DNA of 64,000 bases from an uncultured Chloroflexia bacterium (GTDB lineage Bacteria; Chloroflexota; Limnocylindria; Limnocylindrales; CSP1-4). Of this stretch, positions 36,527 through 45,904 are shown one piece after another (positions within the stretch are counted from its first letter, which is position 1; every line of letters starts with the position of its first letter). The position numbers were made by a program, and so were the translations under genes. Location: NCBI GenBank assembly GCA_963748625.1, contig CAVVJT010000010.1:352001-416000 (forward strand), written 5' to 3'. The notes below the pieces were generated by a model. That model was not told the DNA's origin and did no database searches. It worked only from the letters and a program-made list of their open reading frames with translations.

Positions 36527-37618
36527 TCAGCGACCCCGGGGCCACACGGCATCGATGTACACCCGGGCCAGGTCCACCAGCACCGGCACCAGCTCGCGCG
36601 TCGCGAACGGCTGCCCCATCGCGATCGCGTCCTCGGCCGGCCACTCCCGCCAGATGTGCAGGTCATGCCACTGCGTGCGATCGAGCTTCGCCAGGCGGTC
36701 GAGCAGCGCGTCCCAGCCCTTCGCGATCCGCCGGCCGCCATCGACCGACCGCAGCACCAGCTCCCCGTCCTCGAGGCGCGCCCGGAAGCCCATCACCGCC
36801 CCCTTGGGCGTGAAGCCGCCGCCGATGTAGTCCCCGATCCGCAGGTCGTGCTTCTCGACCACGGCCTCGAGGGCCGCCCGACGCCCCGGATCCGCGAGCA
36901 GCTCGAGGAACCGCGGCCAGTCCCACAGCTCCCGGTTGACGGGGCCGAACTCGGGCGAGCCGTCGCCCTTCTCGATGTACCAGCCGGCCGCGACATGCGC
37001 GGGCGCGTGGGCGGGATCATCGAGGGACCCGTTGGCATAGACGACCAGCTTGGAGGCGCGCCAGCCCTGTCCCCACTCCCCGCCCTGGTGGTAGCGGTCC
37101 GCGATGGCGAGGTGCACCTCGGGACTGCCGTAGATGGGCCAGGACGAGAAGTCCGGGTCGATGTCCAGCAGCGGCCGGAGCACGAGCGGCACCAGGGCGA
37201 CGGGATCCGACCGGCGGCGCCACGTGGTGCCCGTGACCTGGCCGAAGTCCGACGGGGCGAAGCCGGGCCAGCTCCAGCCATCGGTGGGCCGGAGGCGGAC
37301 GCGCGAGCCGATTGCCACCGACGAGGAGCCCGGCGCCAGGCGGCCGAGCGCGTCATCGACATCGCCCCGCACCGACGGCTCCAGGGCCAGGCGGCGGGCC
37401 GATCGCAGCGCCTCGACAGCTTCCTGCTTCGCCCCGAAGCCCGCGGCTGCCTCCACGACCCTGACGGCGAACCTGCCGAACTCCGGGTCGGTCATCCACG
37501 GGGCGACGACATCGATGGCCTCGGCACCATGGCGGGCGATCGGCGTGCGCCACTCGATCCGGGTGAGCCGGTCCGCGACGCGCGCCTGCGCGATGGCCTC
37601 AGCCAGCTGCGGGTTCAT
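36527..37618 (-). CDS. Uncharacterised 363-aa anchor protein
   Basis: Intact ORF whose 3' end and flank are copied several times downstream; helical N-terminus and Trp-rich alpha/beta C-terminal domain. Confidence 0.8.
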   Translation of the reverse strand: MNPQLAEAIAQARVADRLTRIEWRTPIARHGAEAIDVVAPWMTDPEFGRFAVRVVEAAAGFGAKQEAVEALRSARRLALEPSVRGDVDDALGRLAPGSSSVAIGSRVRLRPTDGWSWPGFAPSDFGQVTGTTWRRRSDPVALVPLVLRPLLDIDPDFSSWPIYGSPEVHLAIADRYHQGGEWGQGWRASKLVVYANGSLDDPAHAPAHVAAGWYIEKGDGSPEFGPVNRELWDWPRFLELLADPGRRAALEAVVEKHDLRIGDYIGGGFTPKGAVMGFRARLEDGELVLRSVDGGRRIAKGWDALLDRLAKLDRTQWHDLHIWREWPAEDAIAMGQPFATRELVPVLVDLARVYIDAVWPRGR

Positions 37619-37654
37619 CGACTGGCGGTTCGAGCGCGACCACCTGGCACCCGC

Positions 37655-38014
37655 CTAGACATCAGCGAGATCAGGTACGTCGGGATAGTGACCGTAGTCA
37701 TGGATTGCCTGACCGTACCTGACCTTCGTGGGCAGGCCGCAGATGGCGCACCTGGCCAGCGCGTCAAGCTCGAGCCGGTGGTCAACGAAGTGACCCGGGT
37801 AGCCACCGGCGCCGTAGCGCACCCCCCGGCCGCAGGTCCGGCACGTCAGGTGCGCCCTCGGTTGCCGCACGCGCGGGAGCGGCCGGTGGCAGGTGGGACA
37901 GACCTCGAGTGGCTGGGGTGGTGGTGGCGATGCAGGACGCCGCGGCTCGATCTGGCGGCCGTCCGTGTGGCGCTTTCCTGCGGTGTCGCGGATGTCCCCG
38001 TGTCTGTTCGGCAT
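37655..38014 (-). CDS. Small multi-CxxC zinc-binding protein
   Basis: CPTCH, CRTC, CAIC plus His residues; GAGG RBS before the ATG. Confidence 0.55.
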   Translation of the reverse strand: MPNRHGDIRDTAGKRHTDGRQIEPRRPASPPPPQPLEVCPTCHRPLPRVRQPRAHLTCRTCGRGVRYGAGGYPGHFVDHRLELDALARCAICGLPTKVRYGQAIHDYGHYPDVPDLADV

Positions 38015-38194
38015 GGCTTCCTCATCCCCTGCAACTGCCGAATGCAAGGCTACCGTCGGCCGCCATCAGCCGGAACCCGCCAAGACTTCGGATAGCCTCA
38101 ACACGGTGGACAACGTTGATGGTCCCGAGCGGCGGTATGCGAGGCTCGCCGACGCACACCGCACCGATCCGGCCGCGGGCGTAATAGGCCCGAA

Positions 38195-39238
38195 CTAGAG
38201 GTCGAACAGGGACTGCTGGACCGGCGTCTCCTCGGCGGCTCGATGGGCGGGCGCCGTATCGTCGGCCGAGGGGTAGGCATCGTCGGCCGGGGCGCCGTCA
38301 AGGGCGGCGTCGGCCGCGGGTGCGACCGGCCCAACCAGCGGGCGCGCCCCCAGGGCGACCAGACGCAGATTGCCCTCGGGCACGGCATCGCCCGTGCGCA
38401 CGTACACGGGCACCCAGCCCGCCTTGAGCGTCTCCACCGCGCCCGCCCACGTCCCGCCTGACGCCGTTGAGCTGGATACCACCACCGCGACGTCGGCGAT
38501 GGCGTAGATGAGCTTGTTGCGACCCATCGCCGCACCCGCCGAGAACGCGGCCCCCGGGTGGTACGGCGATGCCAGCGCGACCATGCCGTCTGCGAGGGCG
38601 GCGCGCGTTGACGGCTCACGGAGCCTGCGCTCGATCCCCTCGGGCAGCAGGCCAGCCACCCGGCCGCCAGCCTCGAACGCCGCCGCCATAGCCTCCTGGT
38701 CCACACCGCGCGCACCACCGGACACGATCACCCGCCCGTCAGCGGCGGCCGATGCCGCGATCCCCCGCGCGAATTCGGATCCTGCCGCATCCACGTCTCG
38801 GGAGCCGACCACCGCCACCCCGCCCGCATCGAGGATGGAGCGGTCGCCCGCGGTGAACAGCAGCGGCGGTGCTTTCGGGCCCAGGCGGGCACGGAGCCGC
38901 GATGGGTAGTCTGCATCGGCCAGCGTCACCACGGTCACCCCGCGACCGGCGAGCCGTTCCAGCTCGAACCCGAGGTGCCCGGAGCGGGCCAACTGCGCAG
39001 CGACCCTTTCCGGGTCGAGGTCAAGGCCGACCAGGATCTCCGCCAGCCCGTCGTCCCCGGCGACCGGCAGACCCAGCAGCGCGCCCGCGGCCAGGCCCCG
39101 AGCCGCGAGACGATCCGCGACCTTCGCCCATCCCGCCGGCCCAAGCGGCTTCGTCGGCTCGTGCCTTGACGACGCAATCGACGAGCAAAGGAGCACGATG
39201 GCGCGCGCGTCGTCCGAGATGGCCACGACGTCGTCCAT
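38195..39238 (-). CDS. rqlI: DprA/Smf-domain protein (RqlI-like)
   Basis: DADYPSRL...APPLLF.AGD, VAVVGSR, IVSGGARGVD, AMGRNKLIYA, GGTWAGAVE; TGATG coupling to RqlH. Confidence 0.88.
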   Translation of the reverse strand: MDDVVAISDDARAIVLLCSSIASSRHEPTKPLGPAGWAKVADRLAARGLAAGALLGLPVAGDDGLAEILVGLDLDPERVAAQLARSGHLGFELERLAGRGVTVVTLADADYPSRLRARLGPKAPPLLFTAGDRSILDAGGVAVVGSRDVDAAGSEFARGIAASAAADGRVIVSGGARGVDQEAMAAAFEAGGRVAGLLPEGIERRLREPSTRAALADGMVALASPYHPGAAFSAGAAMGRNKLIYAIADVAVVVSSSTASGGTWAGAVETLKAGWVPVYVRTGDAVPEGNLRLVALGARPLVGPVAPAADAALDGAPADDAYPSADDTAPAHRAAEETPVQQSLFDL

Positions 39239-41286
39239 CACGACACTCGCTGGCTCGCACGCGCGAGCGCGAACGGGTGCACGGGACCCGCACCCGCATC
39301 GGCCAGCAGTCCGCCCGCCACCGTCAGCGTCCAGCGCGAGTCCACGATGTCGTCCACGAGCAGCACGGGTCCCGGGCGCACGAGCTCGGGGCGGACCGCG
39401 AGCTTCGCACTGGCGTTGGCAAGCTGCTTGGCGCTGTTCTGCATCGCTTTCTGGGGACTCGCTCCGTGACGCACCGTGAGGCAATCCACGTACGGTAGCC
39501 CGAGGCGGTTCGCCAGGCGCCGCGCAACGTTGTCCACGAGCGCTGGCTTGCTTGACGACGGCAGCGCGGTCACCCACGCCGGGGCCGGTTCCGGTGCCCA
39601 GCGGTCCCGGATCAGGGCCACGGACGCATCAACCAGGCGGTCGTCGAACGCGCCATCGTGGTACTTGCCTACCTGCACCATCTGGCCGAACCCGGGATCT
39701 CCGTACCAGGCCAGCGCCCGCCCGGGCTCAAGGACGACGCGCAGGCGGTGCCCGTCCGCGTCCAGCTTGCGTGGCTCAATCACCAGGTCCTCCCCGCCGA
39801 AGAACCGCACCGCCAACTGCACGAGGTCCGGGTCCACGGTCCGGGGCCAGATCACGCCGCCATCGTTGGAGCAGTGACAGCAGACGTCCGCCGCCGGGTC
39901 ATCGAGAACCAGGGCGATGAAGCCCATTCGACAGTCGTCGGTGTCCACGTACTCGCGCATCTGGGCAAGCTCCGCCCGGCGGGCGGCCGTCACCCCCGCG
40001 ATCCGCTCCTCGTCCTGGCGCCACGGGTTCGGCGTGCGGAAGTAGCGTCCTCGCTCGTGAGCCACCGCTCCATCAACCTCGAGCAGCTTGAGCGCCTTCT
40101 CGATCTGCTTCTGCGGCAGGTTCACCTCAGCCTCAAGCGCGTGCATGGTGGCTGGACCCGCCATCTCCAGCGCCCGCAGGATCTGCTCCATCCGCGCGGT
40201 GGGCGGGAACGCAGCCTCGATGAAGTACTCCGCGATGTCATCGTCCTCGCGCCCTGTGAGCAGCACCCCGAACGCATCAGCTACCCCGCGGCCGGCGCGG
40301 CCCACCTGCTGGTAGTAGGCGATGGGCGAGCCCGGACGCTGGAAGTGGACGACGAAGCCAAGATCGGGCTTGTCGAAGCCCATGCCGAGCGCCACCGTGG
40401 CCACCAGCACGTCGAGCCGGTTGGCCAGAAGGTCCGCCTCCAGGTGCTCCCGGTCCGCCGCGCCCACGTCGGCGTTGTAGGCGAAGGCACGGAAGCCCAG
40501 GTCCCGGAGCCAGCGCGCCACGCGAACCGTATCGGCCACGGTCAGGCAGTAGACGATCCCGCTTCCGGGCATGGAGGGAAGGTGCTCCGCCAGCCAGGCG
40601 AGGCGCTCCGCCTTGTCGTGCAGGTGGATCGCGTCCAGGTGGAGCGAGGCGCGCGCCAGGGGCCCGCGGATGATCGCGACATCGTCGCCAAACTGGGCGG
40701 CCACGTCGTGGACGACGCGATCATTGGCCGTCGCCGTCGTGCCCAGCACTGGCACCGTGGGCCCCAGGAGTTTCAGGAGCCGGCCGATGCGCCGGTAGTC
40801 CGGGTTGAAGTCGTGCCCCCAGTCGCTGATGCAGTGGGCCTCGTCCACGACGAACATGCCGATGGAGCGCTGGATGCTGGGCAGGACACGCCCGGTGAAA
40901 TCCTCGTTGGCGAACCGCTGCGCCGACACGAACAGGACGTCGATCCGGTCCTGCTCCAGGTCCGCCTCGATCGCGGGCCAGTCGTCCCGGTTGACGGAGT
41001 TGATGGTGACCGCCCGGAGCCCGAGGCTCGCCGCCATATCGATCTGGTTGCGCATGAGCGCGAGCAACGGCGAGACGATGAGCGTGGGGCCGTGGCCCAG
41101 GTCCCGGCGCACCTTGGTGGCAATCCAGTAGACGAGCGACTTCCCCCAGCCCGTCCGCTGCACCACCAGCGTGCGGGAACCACCGCGGATGGCTGCCTCG
41201 ATGGCGGCTCGCTGGCCGTCACGGAACTGCACCCGAGGGCCAAGCATGGTCTCAAGGTGGGCCTGGAGGATGTCGCTGGTGGCCAT
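39238..41286 (-). CDS. rqlH: RecQ-like helicase with PRTase domain (RqlH-like), copy 2
   Basis: QRTGWGKS, DEAHCISDWGHDF, YYQQVGRAGR, VLLVDDIVDSRWTL. Confidence 0.9.
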   Translation of the reverse strand: MATSDILQAHLETMLGPRVQFRDGQRAAIEAAIRGGSRTLVVQRTGWGKSLVYWIATKVRRDLGHGPTLIVSPLLALMRNQIDMAASLGLRAVTINSVNRDDWPAIEADLEQDRIDVLFVSAQRFANEDFTGRVLPSIQRSIGMFVVDEAHCISDWGHDFNPDYRRIGRLLKLLGPTVPVLGTTATANDRVVHDVAAQFGDDVAIIRGPLARASLHLDAIHLHDKAERLAWLAEHLPSMPGSGIVYCLTVADTVRVARWLRDLGFRAFAYNADVGAADREHLEADLLANRLDVLVATVALGMGFDKPDLGFVVHFQRPGSPIAYYQQVGRAGRGVADAFGVLLTGREDDDIAEYFIEAAFPPTARMEQILRALEMAGPATMHALEAEVNLPQKQIEKALKLLEVDGAVAHERGRYFRTPNPWRQDEERIAGVTAARRAELAQMREYVDTDDCRMGFIALVLDDPAADVCCHCSNDGGVIWPRTVDPDLVQLAVRFFGGEDLVIEPRKLDADGHRLRVVLEPGRALAWYGDPGFGQMVQVGKYHDGAFDDRLVDASVALIRDRWAPEPAPAWVTALPSSSKPALVDNVARRLANRLGLPYVDCLTVRHGASPQKAMQNSAKQLANASAKLAVRPELVRPGPVLLVDDIVDSRWTLTVAGGLLADAGAGPVHPFALARASQRVS

Positions 41287-41383
41287 GTCCTCGAGTATCG
41301 CGCGGAACCGCACCGGCGGCGAAGGGTCATGGCCTCACGCCGCCGGGCGGGAGGGCGGGCCAGTCGCCGCGCGATACGCTGCC

Positions 41384-41749
41384 TCAGCAGCCGAACGGCG
41401 TCGCCGAGACCTCCGTGCAGATGGAGCGCATGGTGCGCTCGAGGTTCGACACCGCTGACTCGATCGAGCCCAGCCGGTCCCGAATGCCAGAGATCTCGCC
41501 TTCCAGGCCGCTGGCTGTGTCAGCCTCCATCGACGCTTCGATTGAGTCGATGGACGCCTTGACGGCCTGGAGATCAGAGCTGAGTCCATCCAGCGCGAAG
41601 GTCACGTTGGGATCGGACACGTCGATCCCCGCGGTCGCATCGAAGACATCGTCCGGCGTCGCGACTGGGCGGAGTGCGACGAGCCCGACGAGGCCGAGCG
41701 TGGCGAGTTGGGCAGCGAGGATCAGGGCGAGGATTTGGCGTTCGTTCAT
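41384..41749 (-). CDS. Hypothetical membrane-anchored coiled-coil protein
   Basis: N-terminal hydrophobic helix and heptad-like C-terminus; TACGAT -10 box 6 nt before the ATG. Confidence 0.65.
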   Translation of the reverse strand: MNERQILALILAAQLATLGLVGLVALRPVATPDDVFDATAGIDVSDPNVTFALDGLSSDLQAVKASIDSIEASMEADTASGLEGEISGIRDRLGSIESAVSNLERTMRSICTEVSATPFGC

Positions 41750-41955
41750 TGCGGCATCGTAGGACCGCCGGTCGGCTGCGATAGGTGCCGACTGGACTTC
41801 GGCGTGTGGTCGCGCGAACTTCGGTCGTAGCGGCTAGGCCAGTCGGGGAGCTTGCGGTCCCGCCACGCGGTGCGTACTAGGAAGGTCCTGACGTCGATGA
41901 CAGGGTCCGCACGGGTGCCCAGCCGCGCATGGATGTCACCGCCTAGCAGCAGCGA

Positions 41956-42864
41956 TCAGCCGGACTTGGGGTGGCGTTTCCAGCGGTACTGGGTCGGCTC
42001 CAGGTCACCGTCCTCGATCCGCCACTGCGGGATGAAATCGAGTGTGCCGCCGTCGGCAACAACTGCGTCTCCGGACCGGTCGACCTTGATGCCGGTCACA
42101 ATGGCGAGCGCTGTGTTCGGGTACTTCTCCACCTGCCGGCGCTCGTTGATCGTGATCAGGATCTCCTGGAGTGACCCAACGAGACCCTTCACCTCGACGT
42201 GGAGTTCCTCGCCATCCCTAGTCGCGAGGTAGTCGTAGCTCCGGTTGAGGTGGACGTCCTCTACGTCCCAGTCGTCGCCCCTGAGGTGCGCGAGCGTCAA
42301 CTCCATCGCTCGCTCTTCGATGGCCTTTCGCGACTGCGCGTCGCTCGAGTAGCCTTGGCCACCAACCCGGACGATGCGCTCGAAGGCGGGCTGGTCGACC
42401 AAAAGGCCGCGGGCAAGGTCGTCCTCGAGTGCCGCAGGGGTCGCGTCTGTGCTGGGAAGCTGGACGACGAGCTTGATGCGCCGGGTGTTGTTCCCGGAGC
42501 CGGCCTTCGAGGCACGGTGGCCCACGGATCGCTGGGACCGCTGCAGGCTCAGGCGCGTCGCCTCGGGGTCGACCGACCGCAGGGAGACCGGAAACGGAGC
42601 TCCCGGGTCGAGCACCGTCTCAAAGCGAGGAAGAAACCCGGACCGGCTGGAGTCGACCACGGCGTCAAGCAGGACCGCGTCGAGGGCGCCAAGGCGGGCC
42701 AGGATGAGGTGCAGCCCACGCTCGTAGTCGAGGTGGCGCTCGTTGACGCCACCCTTGGCACCACCACGACTCTCAAGCCAAACGGCTAGGTGGCCATCCG
42801 ACGTGCCAGTGGAGAAGGTCGCATCGAGCGGGTGACCGCCCACATCCCGAACCTTGCGCGCCAA
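41956..42864 (-). CDS. DUF3883 (NOV C-terminal) PD-(D/E)XK nuclease protein
   Basis: RKAIEERAM....L...WDVEDV....SYDYLA..DGEELHVEVKG....ILITINE. Confidence 0.82.
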   Translation of the reverse strand: MARKVRDVGGHPLDATFSTGTSDGHLAVWLESRGGAKGGVNERHLDYERGLHLILARLGALDAVLLDAVVDSSRSGFLPRFETVLDPGAPFPVSLRSVDPEATRLSLQRSQRSVGHRASKAGSGNNTRRIKLVVQLPSTDATPAALEDDLARGLLVDQPAFERIVRVGGQGYSSDAQSRKAIEERAMELTLAHLRGDDWDVEDVHLNRSYDYLATRDGEELHVEVKGLVGSLQEILITINERRQVEKYPNTALAIVTGIKVDRSGDAVVADGGTLDFIPQWRIEDGDLEPTQYRWKRHPKSG

Positions 42865-42966
42865 TCGCCTGCCCCCAAACTGAAGCTGGAGTCACAGTCT
42901 ATGTCGTCATGGGACTTCCCCTGGCGGGCGCTGGATGTCCCGCCTGCGCCCCGCTAAGGTTCGCTC

Positions 42967-43437
42967 GTGCCGACCCACCGTGAGACCTACCACCCCGCCG
43001 ACTACCAGGCACCCGATGGGTCGTGGGCCTCATCAGAGCCGATCCGCCGGACGATGCTGGGTAATCGGGGCCGCGACACCAAGCCGGAACTGGCTGTGCG
43101 GCGTTTGCTTCATTCGCGCGGCTTGCGCTATCGCGTGGCATATAGGCCAGCCCGCTCAGTCCGTCGGTCCGCAGATCTTGTTTTCACTCGAGCTCGGGTC
43201 GCCGTATTCGTCGATGGATGCTTCTGGCACTGCTGTCCGCAGCATTTCCGGATGCCCGCTACCAACCGCGAATACTGGGAGCCGAAGCTCGCCGCGAACG
43301 TGGACCGGGATCGCCAGACCGATGATCTCCTCTCTGCGGAGGGCTGGACCGTCATCAGGGTGTGGGAGCACGAAGTCGCAGTTGAGGCTGCGACCCGCAT
43401 CGAGGATGTCGTGCGCTCAATGCGGAAGGCGCGGTGA
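42967..43437 (+). CDS. vsr: Very short patch repair endonuclease Vsr
   Basis: RDTKPELAVRRLLHSRGLRYR, ADLVF, VFVDGCFWH.CP.H, YWEPKL..NVDRD, GWTVIRVWEHE. Confidence 0.95.
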   Translation: MPTHRETYHPADYQAPDGSWASSEPIRRTMLGNRGRDTKPELAVRRLLHSRGLRYRVAYRPARSVRRSADLVFTRARVAVFVDGCFWHCCPQHFRMPATNREYWEPKLAANVDRDRQTDDLLSAEGWTVIRVWEHEVAVEAATRIEDVVRSMRKAR

Positions 43438-43543
43438 CACCGAACCTGGCACACTCCCTTCGTACTAAGAGTGCTCGCTGACCTCGCCTCAGACGATTGG
43501 AGTACCAGAGATCGCTCGGCGCCATGCTCCTGCAAGCGAAGAG

Positions 43544-44701
43544 ATGTTCCCGGAGTCAGCAGCCGATCGGATGCCCGCGGTGCCGTTCAACTACATCGAC
43601 CGGCCCCAGTTTCGGTTCGTCGACCTGTTTGCCGGGATTGGTGGGATCCGAAAGGGGCTGGAGAGTGCCGGCGGGCGCTGCGTCTTCACGGTAGAGATCG
43701 ACAAGTTCGCGAAACAGACGTACTCGGCGAACTTCGACCCGGTCGAGGCCGGAGATATCCGAAAGCTGCCCGCCGAGGACCTGCCGGTCTATGACGTGCT
43801 TGCGGGTGGGTTTCCCTGCCAGCCCTTCAGCCTCGCCGGCGTCAGCAAGAAGCTCAGTCTGGGGCGCCAGCACGGCTTCAGCGATGAGAAGAGCGGCAAC
43901 CTGTTCTTCGACATCGTGCGGCTCATCGACGACGCGCCGAGTCCCCCGCCGGCCCTCTTCCTCGAGAACGTCAAGCACCTGACGCGCCACGACAAGGGAC
44001 GCACCTTCGCGGTCATCCTGGCGACCCTTGAAGATCGTGGCTACAACGTCGTCTGGAAGGTGGTTGATGCCCGGCCTTGGGTGCCCCAGCACCGCGAGCG
44101 CACGTACATCGTCTGCCTGCATCGCGACTACTACGGCGACGCGCGCTTCGAGTTCCCGGAGATCCCCGCGGACGCTCCGTGGCCCTCCCTCGGATCGATC
44201 CTCGAGAGCGATCCGATCCCAGACCGGTACATCCTGACGGAACACCTCTGGCAGTACCTGCAGGACTACGCCCGGAAGCACCGCGAGCGGGGCAACGGAT
44301 TCGGGTATGGCCTAGTCAGTCCGGAGGATACGACCCGGACGCTGAGTGCCCGGTACCACAAGGATGGGTCGGAGATCCTCGTCCGAACGGACGGACCACA
44401 GCCGCGGCGCCTGACACCGCGCGAGTGCGCGCGTCTCATGGGCTACCCGGACACCTTCGACATCCCGGTTTCCGACACGCAGGCATACCGCCAGTTCGGC
44501 AACTCGGTCGTCGTGCCGGTGATCAGCTTCCTCGCACAGGCACTGGCATCGCAGGTGCCGCTGCGGCAGGCGCAACCGCTCGCAACACCAAGGGGGACAA
44601 CGCGAGTGACCCGGCGTGCCAAGAAGGTGGGGACCAAGTCAACTCAAGATCGCGATCTGCCGCAGGTGGCCTTTCCGTCTGAGGCTCTTGCCGAGGGCTA
44701 G
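43544..44701 (+). CDS. dcm: DNA (cytosine-5) methyltransferase, Dcm/M.EcoRII-like (CCWGG predicted)
   Basis: DLFAGIGG, GFPCQPFS, ENV, QHRER, TRTLSARYHKDGSEIL, RRLTPRECARL, QFGNSV; GVSKK.SLGR.HGF and GNGFGYGLV are typical of Dcm. Confidence 0.93.
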   Translation: MFPESAADRMPAVPFNYIDRPQFRFVDLFAGIGGIRKGLESAGGRCVFTVEIDKFAKQTYSANFDPVEAGDIRKLPAEDLPVYDVLAGGFPCQPFSLAGVSKKLSLGRQHGFSDEKSGNLFFDIVRLIDDAPSPPPALFLENVKHLTRHDKGRTFAVILATLEDRGYNVVWKVVDARPWVPQHRERTYIVCLHRDYYGDARFEFPEIPADAPWPSLGSILESDPIPDRYILTEHLWQYLQDYARKHRERGNGFGYGLVSPEDTTRTLSARYHKDGSEILVRTDGPQPRRLTPRECARLMGYPDTFDIPVSDTQAYRQFGNSVVVPVISFLAQALASQVPLRQAQPLATPRGTTRVTRRAKKVGTKSTQDRDLPQVAFPSEALAEG

Positions 44702-44767
44702 TGCCGAGTGCAGGCGCCGGACCCGCGGTCCCGATGCTCGCGGAACCGCGAGCGCGCTCATCCCGAG

Positions 44768-45904
44768 CTACTCGCCCAACTCCACCTCGAAGGCCTCGCC
44801 AACGCGGTACAGGCGCATCCGTTCGCCAGTCCTCGCCCCGGCTCTACGCAGGAAGTCCCCGACTCCCGTGATCCGATACTCGTCGCGCGTGCTGGTGTTG
44901 AACCGCCGGCCGTTGTAGTGCACCAGGCGCCACGTCCACTTCGTCTCAAGACGCCGAAACAGAACGGACAGCTCCGCCGACGGGTTGACCGTTGACTCGT
45001 CCAAGCGAGTGATGGCTTCAGCCCAGTTGGCACCGATGGCAATTGCAGCCTGGTGGCTGCCCGTGTCCCCGATGTCGTTCGGCGAGAGATGCTTGTCGAG
45101 GACCAGGTCACGCGCAACGCCTGCAGTCGGGCCCGCCGACGGGTCCGCGATGGCCCGGCCCGCCGCCAACGCTGCCTCATCCACAAGGCGAAAGACAATG
45201 TCACGTACGTACTCGTCTGGCAGTGCGCGCAGTTCAACAACCGCACCCTCGCGGCGGACCCGCTTCGACGCCTCTCGCATGATCTCCATCCGAGATGGCT
45301 TGCCGCCAGTCTTCAGGGCGGCAACCGCGCCTCCCAGGTAGCGACCGACCCGGCGATCGCCTGACAGGCTGGAGCGCTCGGTGATCTGAACCAGTTCGTC
45401 TTCACCTAGGAGTCCGAGGAGCTCGTACGGGTCTCCTGCGCTCGGGTCGGACAGTAGTTCCGCCCGCCACCAGAGACGACCGAAGGTGTTGCGAATGCCC
45501 CTGTTCTCGCCAAGGAACCTCTCTCGAGACGTTGGCTCTCCGCTCTGGCCGGGGAACCGCCAACGCACGACATGTGGTGCAAGCACACAGCCGAGGAAAG
45601 CCCACACCCCAGGGTGAGATGCCTCGGCCGGCGACATGTTCAGTGTTCGATGCAGCAGGCGGGCGCCGTATCGATCGAAGTAGTGGATCCCGTCAGCCTT
45701 CTCCGCTTCACCGACAAGGGACGACAGCTTGGCTCGCAGGTCGTGTAGCTCCCTCTCACTGATGCGCGCGCCACCGGAGGTTCCGTACTGGACAAGTGGG
45801 TGCCTCGTGTCACTCAATCGCTGCAGTTGCGGCCATGCGACGCCGCGACGCTCGTCGGCCAATCTGCCGGCCTCAGAAGCGGGCAGGCGAGGCAGTAGGT
45901 TCAC
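44768..45904 (-). CDS. DUF6339-like protein fused to a C-terminal EcoRII-N (B3-like) DNA-recognition domain
   Basis: EASHPGVWAFL...VRWRF...RF....RNTFGRLWW...GEDELVQITER; C-terminal KHLSPNDIGDTGSHQAAI...NP...HYNGRRFNTSTRDEYRITG. Confidence 0.75.
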   Translation of the reverse strand: MNLLPRLPASEAGRLADERRGVAWPQLQRLSDTRHPLVQYGTSGGARISERELHDLRAKLSSLVGEAEKADGIHYFDRYGARLLHRTLNMSPAEASHPGVWAFLGCVLAPHVVRWRFPGQSGEPTSRERFLGENRGIRNTFGRLWWRAELLSDPSAGDPYELLGLLGEDELVQITERSSLSGDRRVGRYLGGAVAALKTGGKPSRMEIMREASKRVRREGAVVELRALPDEYVRDIVFRLVDEAALAAGRAIADPSAGPTAGVARDLVLDKHLSPNDIGDTGSHQAAIAIGANWAEAITRLDESTVNPSAELSVLFRRLETKWTWRLVHYNGRRFNTSTRDEYRITGVGDFLRRAGARTGERMRLYRVGEAFEVELGE

